From assembly GCF_009914755.1 (NCBI RefSeq), contig NC_060935.1: 64,000 nt of DNA. One strand, 5' to 3'. The notes beneath the pieces are model-generated. The model saw only the letters and a program-made list of their open reading frames with translations. It was not told where the DNA came from and did not search any database. Below, in pieces: positions 57,094 through 64,000 of the stretch. This stretch comes from the human T2T-CHM13v2.0 reference genome, Homo sapiens. The translations under genes and the position numbers were made by a program. Positions within the stretch are counted from its first letter, which is position 1; each line of letters begins with the position of its first letter.

Positions 57094-57819
57094 GCCTGTA
57101 AGCAGGCCTTGCCATATGATCAGTGGGAGTGAATCATGTAAGGGAGGAGGCAACTCACCTGTGGCCCAGGGTCAACACATCAGCTTTAATAAACATCTGC
57201 AAGGGCTCAAAGCTAACGCACCCTGCCTGGGATGTGACCACAGATCAAGACTCTATGCCTGCCTTGGAAGAATCATTGCATCCCTTCCTTCGTCCCCTGG
57301 GTCCTGGTAAGAAATCTCCCTGAGAAATGGAGGTTTTGACCTTTCCTCTTAATCCTGAAATAACTGCAGAGTGAGACAGACACACTGGCATGGACACCTC
57401 CAGAGAGCTGATGATTTTTGAGACCCAAAAATGAAATAAGATTCTGAGCCTAAGGAGAGGCCCCAAGTTTGTCTCCAGAGCCTTCTACCTATAAATCAAG
57501 CCCACATTCACTTCTTGATCTTGGGAACAGTGGGAGACAGGGTCTGTGGTTATCTCCACTGCATCACTGGAGTCTTGTATCCCTTTCCCAGAGCTTTGTG
57601 CTTGTAATCATCCAGTCATCTGTTTCGAAATTAGAAAGCTCACATACTTGAGCAGTGAAGTTTAAAGGGTGAAGTCAACTCAAGTTGTCAGAAACATGGG
57701 ACGAAATAAATGTGGTGTTGGCTCTATAGAGAAGGGGGAAGGCCACAGAGGACTCAACAGCGCCTGCTAACCCATGACTTTCTGCCAGTCCTGCTGTGGT
57801 GGCACTGTAATTCATAGTC

Positions 57820-58060
57820 GCTAACTGCTTTGGAGAGTTTATTATGTGCTAGGCACTGTGTTGAGCTCTTTACATGCTTTTTCTCACTTACTCTTTCCAC
57901 TAGTTATTTGCAATAGAGACTGTTTCTCGTCCCAGTTTTACAATCAAGGGGGCCAAAGCTCTGAGAGGTGAAGTTACTTGGCCGGGCCACACAGACAGTA
58001 ACTGGTGGAAGCAAGCATTCAGCCAGGCTGATTCAAAGCCCGGGATCCCAAGCACCCTAT
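57820..58060 (-). mobile_element. MIR SINE
   Basis: tatgtgctaggcactgtgttgagctctttacatg...gagaggtgaagttacttggcc. Confidence 0.75.
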
Positions 58061-59162
58061 AGGATGGCAGTTTACTATAGCTAGTCCCCACACTCTGAAT
58101 ATCCGAATATATGGAAGGCAAGACCAAAAAGGAAGAGTGTGCACCTTCTGAACATCGGAAGCCCTGGATACTCCCAGTGCCATTTGAAGGAGCTATGAAG
58201 GGACCTGAAAGTGCCATTTGGAAGGGTAAGGTACAGAGGAGTGAGTTATGTAGGAACTGAAAAAAATAGCTGGAGAATGCTTGTGCAAGGACCATGGAGG
58301 CTGTGGCAGGGGCAGAGGCAGATACTTCTCTTTGCCTCGAAAGCAATATTATGTGTTTAATTTCAATTAAATGTCACAGGTCTTTACTGTAGCATGAGAA
58401 ACACTTGTGTCAACATTCCCCAGTGCTTATGCAGAAAGTGAATGGGGGCAAAACTGGTTCTCTGCGTGCTGGAAATGAAAACCGATGAGGTGCTCAGAGG
58501 CAGGAAAGTTCAGATCAAGAGCCAATTCTGCACAGTGATTTACCGAAGCGCCTTACCGCGATGTGGCTTCCTGTTGTTAAATCTCATGAAAGTGGGCATT
58601 TCAGTCACCTATGGTTTCTAGACATGATACCCGAATTTCTCTGAGGAAATTCCACTCCCTCAGCCCCTCACCCACTGCAAACCCAAACAAAACCCACAAT
58701 TACAAGCTCAGCGCCACCCTGAGACCTCAGAATTGTGCACGGCAAGTTAGAGCTTTATTAATCGAGTGACTTTTGCCTTACTCTTTGGGAGTTGTTAATT
58801 AAAACCACTCAACCATTGAGTTGAGAGAGAGGGAGAGAGACAGAGATTGAGGACAGCTAACAGACTGGATTTTCTCCCTCCTTTGCAAGCTGGTGTAGCT
58901 ATTTTAGAAGCTGACACGGACGTTACAGTTGACTAAACCATGCACCAGATTTGTATGTGAGGCTCCTTGGGAACAGCTTTCATTTAATGCCCTGTAGCCA
59001 GGCCCTCAGGGTACAAAGAACCTGCCTAGCCTCTGACCAAGTATATATAACGGTTAATAATAATGACCATTGTAATAATATTAACACGACTAGCTACCGT
59101 TTATTGAACACTTTTAAATGCCAGGCACTGTGCTTTATATACATTATCTCTTTTCATCCTCA

Positions 59163-59809
<647 letters not shown>

Positions 59810-60372
59810 TAGGAACTCCTCTTCCCATTCTCCTGTTGAGGACACAGGGATTTGGGGGGGCGGGGCCACTGGTAACTTGCCTTAAGGTTGCAGAGGTGGT
59901 GAGCTAGGGAGCTGGGACTCAAACTTGGACAGCCTGACTTCAGAGCCTGAATTCAACCACTCATTTCAGGACTTTCACTGAAGCTGTGTACACATGTCTA
60001 AAATGTAATCGCTCTTCTTTCCCCCAAACCTGTTTTTCTTCTGTGTTTCCACCATCCATTTTTTTTTCCCACACCCAGAACCCAGAATCTTAGACTCTTC
60101 CATTCTCTTGTTCATGGAACGCCAGTCACTGAATTTGATGGATTCCATTTCTTAAGTATCTCTTACTATGGTTTTTCTCTCATCTTGCTGCTAATATTTC
60201 TCACCCAGATGATGACAATTCATCCTTTCACTAATTGCCTTTCTTCTGATCCCAATGCCCATCCAACAAATCCATTCCACACATTGGTGAGAGAGATCTT
60301 TCTAGAGCACAAATCTGATTATATTCTCTGCTTACATTCCTCAGTGGCTCTTCACTGCCTGCTGAGAAAACT

Positions 60373-60945
60373 CTGTGTTTTAGTTACTGTTTCTGTACAA
60401 CAAATTACTCCATAATGTAGCTTCTTGAAACTACCATTTCATTATGTTCATGGGGTCTCTGCACCAGGAATTGGGACAAGATATGGCAGAGATGGCATAT
60501 GTCTGGTCTTCCATGTGTGGAGCCTCTGCTTGGAAAACAGCAGGGCTGGCATTGACTTGATAGCTGAAGGCTAGAGTTATTCCAGAGTTTGTTCACTCCC
60601 ACGTCTCACTCCTGGGCTGGGATGACTTGAAGGTTAAGATGGCTGCAGCCTCTCCACATGGCGTGGCTTCCTGGGGATTGGCAAACTTCTTACATGGAGC
60701 TCAGGGCTCAAGGGCAAAGGGTACAGTGAACAATGCAGAAGCTGCCTCACCTTTTATCATCTAGCCTTGGAAGGCAGAGACTGTCCCTTCTGCCATACTG
60801 TATTGGTCAAAGCAGTCACGAGCCCTCCAGATTCGAGAGGAAGGTGCATAGATCCCACCTCTCAGTGGGAGGATGGCAAGGTCACCTTGCATGTGGGATC
60901 CAGAGATGTTGCTGTGGTCATCTGTGGCGAATACAGTTCACAACA
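60373..60945 (-). mobile_element. MLT1 MaLR LTR inserted in an L2 fragment
   Basis: tgtgttttagttactg...acaaattactcc...cttctgccatactgtattggtcaaagcagtcac. Confidence 0.75.
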
Positions 60946-62820
60946 ATATATCCCCATACCACCCAGTGTGATATACACGGCCCTCCCTCCATAGTCTCAC
61001 ATTGGAGTGTCTGCTCCATGGAGACACAAGCCTTGTCTTTCTTGTACATTATGTATCCCCAGTGCCTAGCACAGAGCATGGTGCATCATGGGCCCTCCTT
61101 TTGCATTTGAGAAGCTAACAAATGATCAACTTGCCTAGCCTCATTTCTTCATTTCCTGCCATCTCCTTCATCCCCTCACTGACCACCCGTCCTCTCCCCA
61201 CCCCAGCTGCCATCCTGTTCCTGCCACTCTGAACCACAGACGTTTTCCTTGATACAGACACCATGCTCTTGTAACTGAGCCTTTGCATGAGTCTGCTCTG
61301 TCCATAAACTCCTCCCCATCAATTACCACCCACCTGCCACAATCCTTCAAGAGTCTACTGCAGCTAGGAAGCCTCCGCTGATGCACATTGATGGACATTG
61401 ATGGTCTCCCTCCTCTGAGTTTCCAAACGCCTGGTAACAGCTCCCAGATGGCTTCTCTTATGTTCTTTGGGCTAGTTTGTCCCCCAGGCCAGAATATCCT
61501 TGAACAGAGGGATTGTGTCTTTTTACTCTCTCACATTTCCAACTTCTTCTACCAGACCTGTTGTGTATGCTTGGGTAATATGAGCGGAATGAAAAGAGAG
61601 AGAAAGGGGTTGATAGTAGGAGCAGTGCTGCTGCTGCTGCTGCTATTAATAATACAGGTCGTGTTCATTAAGTACTTTTCATGTGGCAGGTGCTTTTCAG
61701 GCATTATCTCATTGAATTCTCGTAGAAATCCTGGAAGGCCTATAACATGTGATTGTCCCCATCTTACAGATGTGGAAACTGAGGATGACAGAAGTCCCTT
61801 GTCCAAGGTCATACTGTTACTAAAGGGTGCGGCCAGTTTCAGGAAGCTTGAGAGCCAAGCCTATTCTCTTGGTGCTGCCGCCTGTTGCACTTTAGGCTCT
61901 GTAGACCCAAGGATTTTCCTACCTTTCCTTAGAGCTCTACAAAGCCTAACCTTCAACTGGATTCATAGAATAAGAATATGGGAAGCAACAGAGTTTCTGC
62001 TAGCTAGACAATATCAAGCTCTGTCTTATTCTCGGTGCTAGGTTTTAAGGGGTTCAGAATAAGGCAGAGGTTTTTTTTTAGGAACAGGTAACAAGGTGCA
62101 GGATTCAAAACCCAAAACATAATAGAAATGTTTGTAGAAAGTACAAATATTGGCTTGGCATGGAAAGTACTTAGAAAAGCAGTAGGTTCCAGGGGACCAA
62201 ACTTGAACCATAGGTGGAAGTTAGACAGGTTTTTTATTGCCTAGACACCAAGGTGACCATTAATCAGCATAAGGAAAAATGTGCCCAAAAGTAGACCTGT
62301 TAAAACTAGAGGCAGTTTTGCAAGGACATGAGCCCTGTCACTCCCTGTTCCTGGGAATATTCACTCAGAATCTGGAAAACTCTGTATCCCAGATATTACA
62401 GAAGGGGTTCCTGCATGAGGTGAAAAGGAGACAAAGAGGTGATCTTTCAAAGGTCTTTCAGTTTTATGATTCAGGGTATCCAGGTGCCCAGAGGAATCAT
62501 TACAGCTGGATTATAGACTGAGCAGACTGGGTATTGTATTCTGGAGATAAGGATCTCCTTGGAAAGCCACGTTTCCACAGGTCCTGCCAGCCTGGGGGTG
62601 ATAGTAGAGGCACCAAAGACATTTCTTCTGAAAAATGTTTAACCCATGACTCCTTCTAATAAATACAAAAATTGTGCACACCTCCCTGCTGCCCCAGGTT
62701 CTGATCTGGAAGATAAGGAAGTGGACTGTGGCTACAGTCCAGATAAGAGTATGAGGACCGCTGGAAACACAGTGTCTGCACACCAGCTGAGAACTTTACT
62801 ACCTAGAGTTCATATGATGA

Positions 62821-63180
<360 letters not shown>

Positions 63181-64000
63181 TAATAATAGGTCTTTAAAGT
63201 ATAAACATGTTTTACTGTTGAATGTGCTCTCTCAGTATGCAGATCCTAGGGAATTCTGCTTTGCCTTCAATCCCATTTGAATTATGATTTTAGCTTATCT
63301 GTCTACCTTCTTGTGGAAGTGGAAGCGTTTGAACAAGTTAAAGAGTGAAAAAAGTCAGATACCCCATTATTTGGTCTGTGTAGCAGTATCAGTCACTATG
63401 ACCAGCTCCTGGTGCACTGATAGAAGGTAATTTGAGTGTCCTATAGGCAACTGACCATAGCTTGGCTCCTACTCTGGAGGTCATTGGCCTGTGTTTCGGC
63501 GACTTCTCAGCCTGTCTTTCCCCCCAGAGTGCTCCGACTGCTGCTAGGGCACCCCTGCCACACCCTGTTCCCAACCGCCTTGGCTTCTCCTTGTCCGCAG
63601 GCTGGCTGGGTTGCCTGGGTGCTTGGCTGCTTGGCTTCTGAGTGTCTCATGCCCAGGTTACCTCAAGAGCTCCAGCAGCTGCCTTCCTACAGGGAGAAAC
63701 GTGCTCATCCACACAGTTTGTGCCACACCCTGTCCCTCTTGTGAACACACCTGTGGTACTGTCCTGACCTATACATATTGAAATTCTAAAAGAGAAACAC
63801 AGTTCTTTTGCCTTTCAAACTGTGCTCCCCACTATACTGCTTTCACTTTTCTAAGAATCAAATACAATGGGGAATTTGGCCATGGAGAAATGAAACTCGC
63901 TTCAGCTCAAGTTCAGGATGCCTTAGGGTGTGGCAGTAACATTGTTCCCAATACAGTGGACTCTTTGCTGGAGCCATGCTGTCCCTTAAATGAGACCCAG

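Noticed and set aside
61388-62041. 217-aa ORF with a poly-Leu stretch
   Set aside because: Runs through a short CTG repeat and MIR/L2-like sequence; no homology recognised

Overview
Human (primate) genomic DNA from inside the NAV2 gene (neuron navigator 2, UNC-53 family), transcribed on the + strand. Four coding exons can be read directly and splice in frame: 27866-28967, 34353-34465, 41080-41188 and 43370-43759 (probably exons 7-10 of the long isoform; numbering from memory). The rest is intron, containing about 21 Alus plus L1, L2, MIR, CR1, MaLR/ERV LTR and DNA-transposon fragments. Repeat family names are by eye and their boundaries are approximate. Nearly all ORF-track entries are intronic, Alu or low-complexity artefacts. 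No wholly new system can be demonstrated from sequence alone. The best leads are: (1) a candidate internal first exon at about 26100-26479, with a consensus donor, a 34-codon ORF whose frame fits exons B and D but not exon A, and a downstream G-run cluster; (2) a 74-bp-stem fold-back hairpin inside an MLT2 LTR at 56720-56883; (3) an Alu tail expanded to about 1 kb of polypyrimidine, with an internal duplication and an (AAGGG)11 tract arranged as in RFC1/CANVAS; (4) a near-consensus AluYb8 with an intact TSD; (5) a perfect 38-bp palindrome; (6) a CTCF site with its upstream module.
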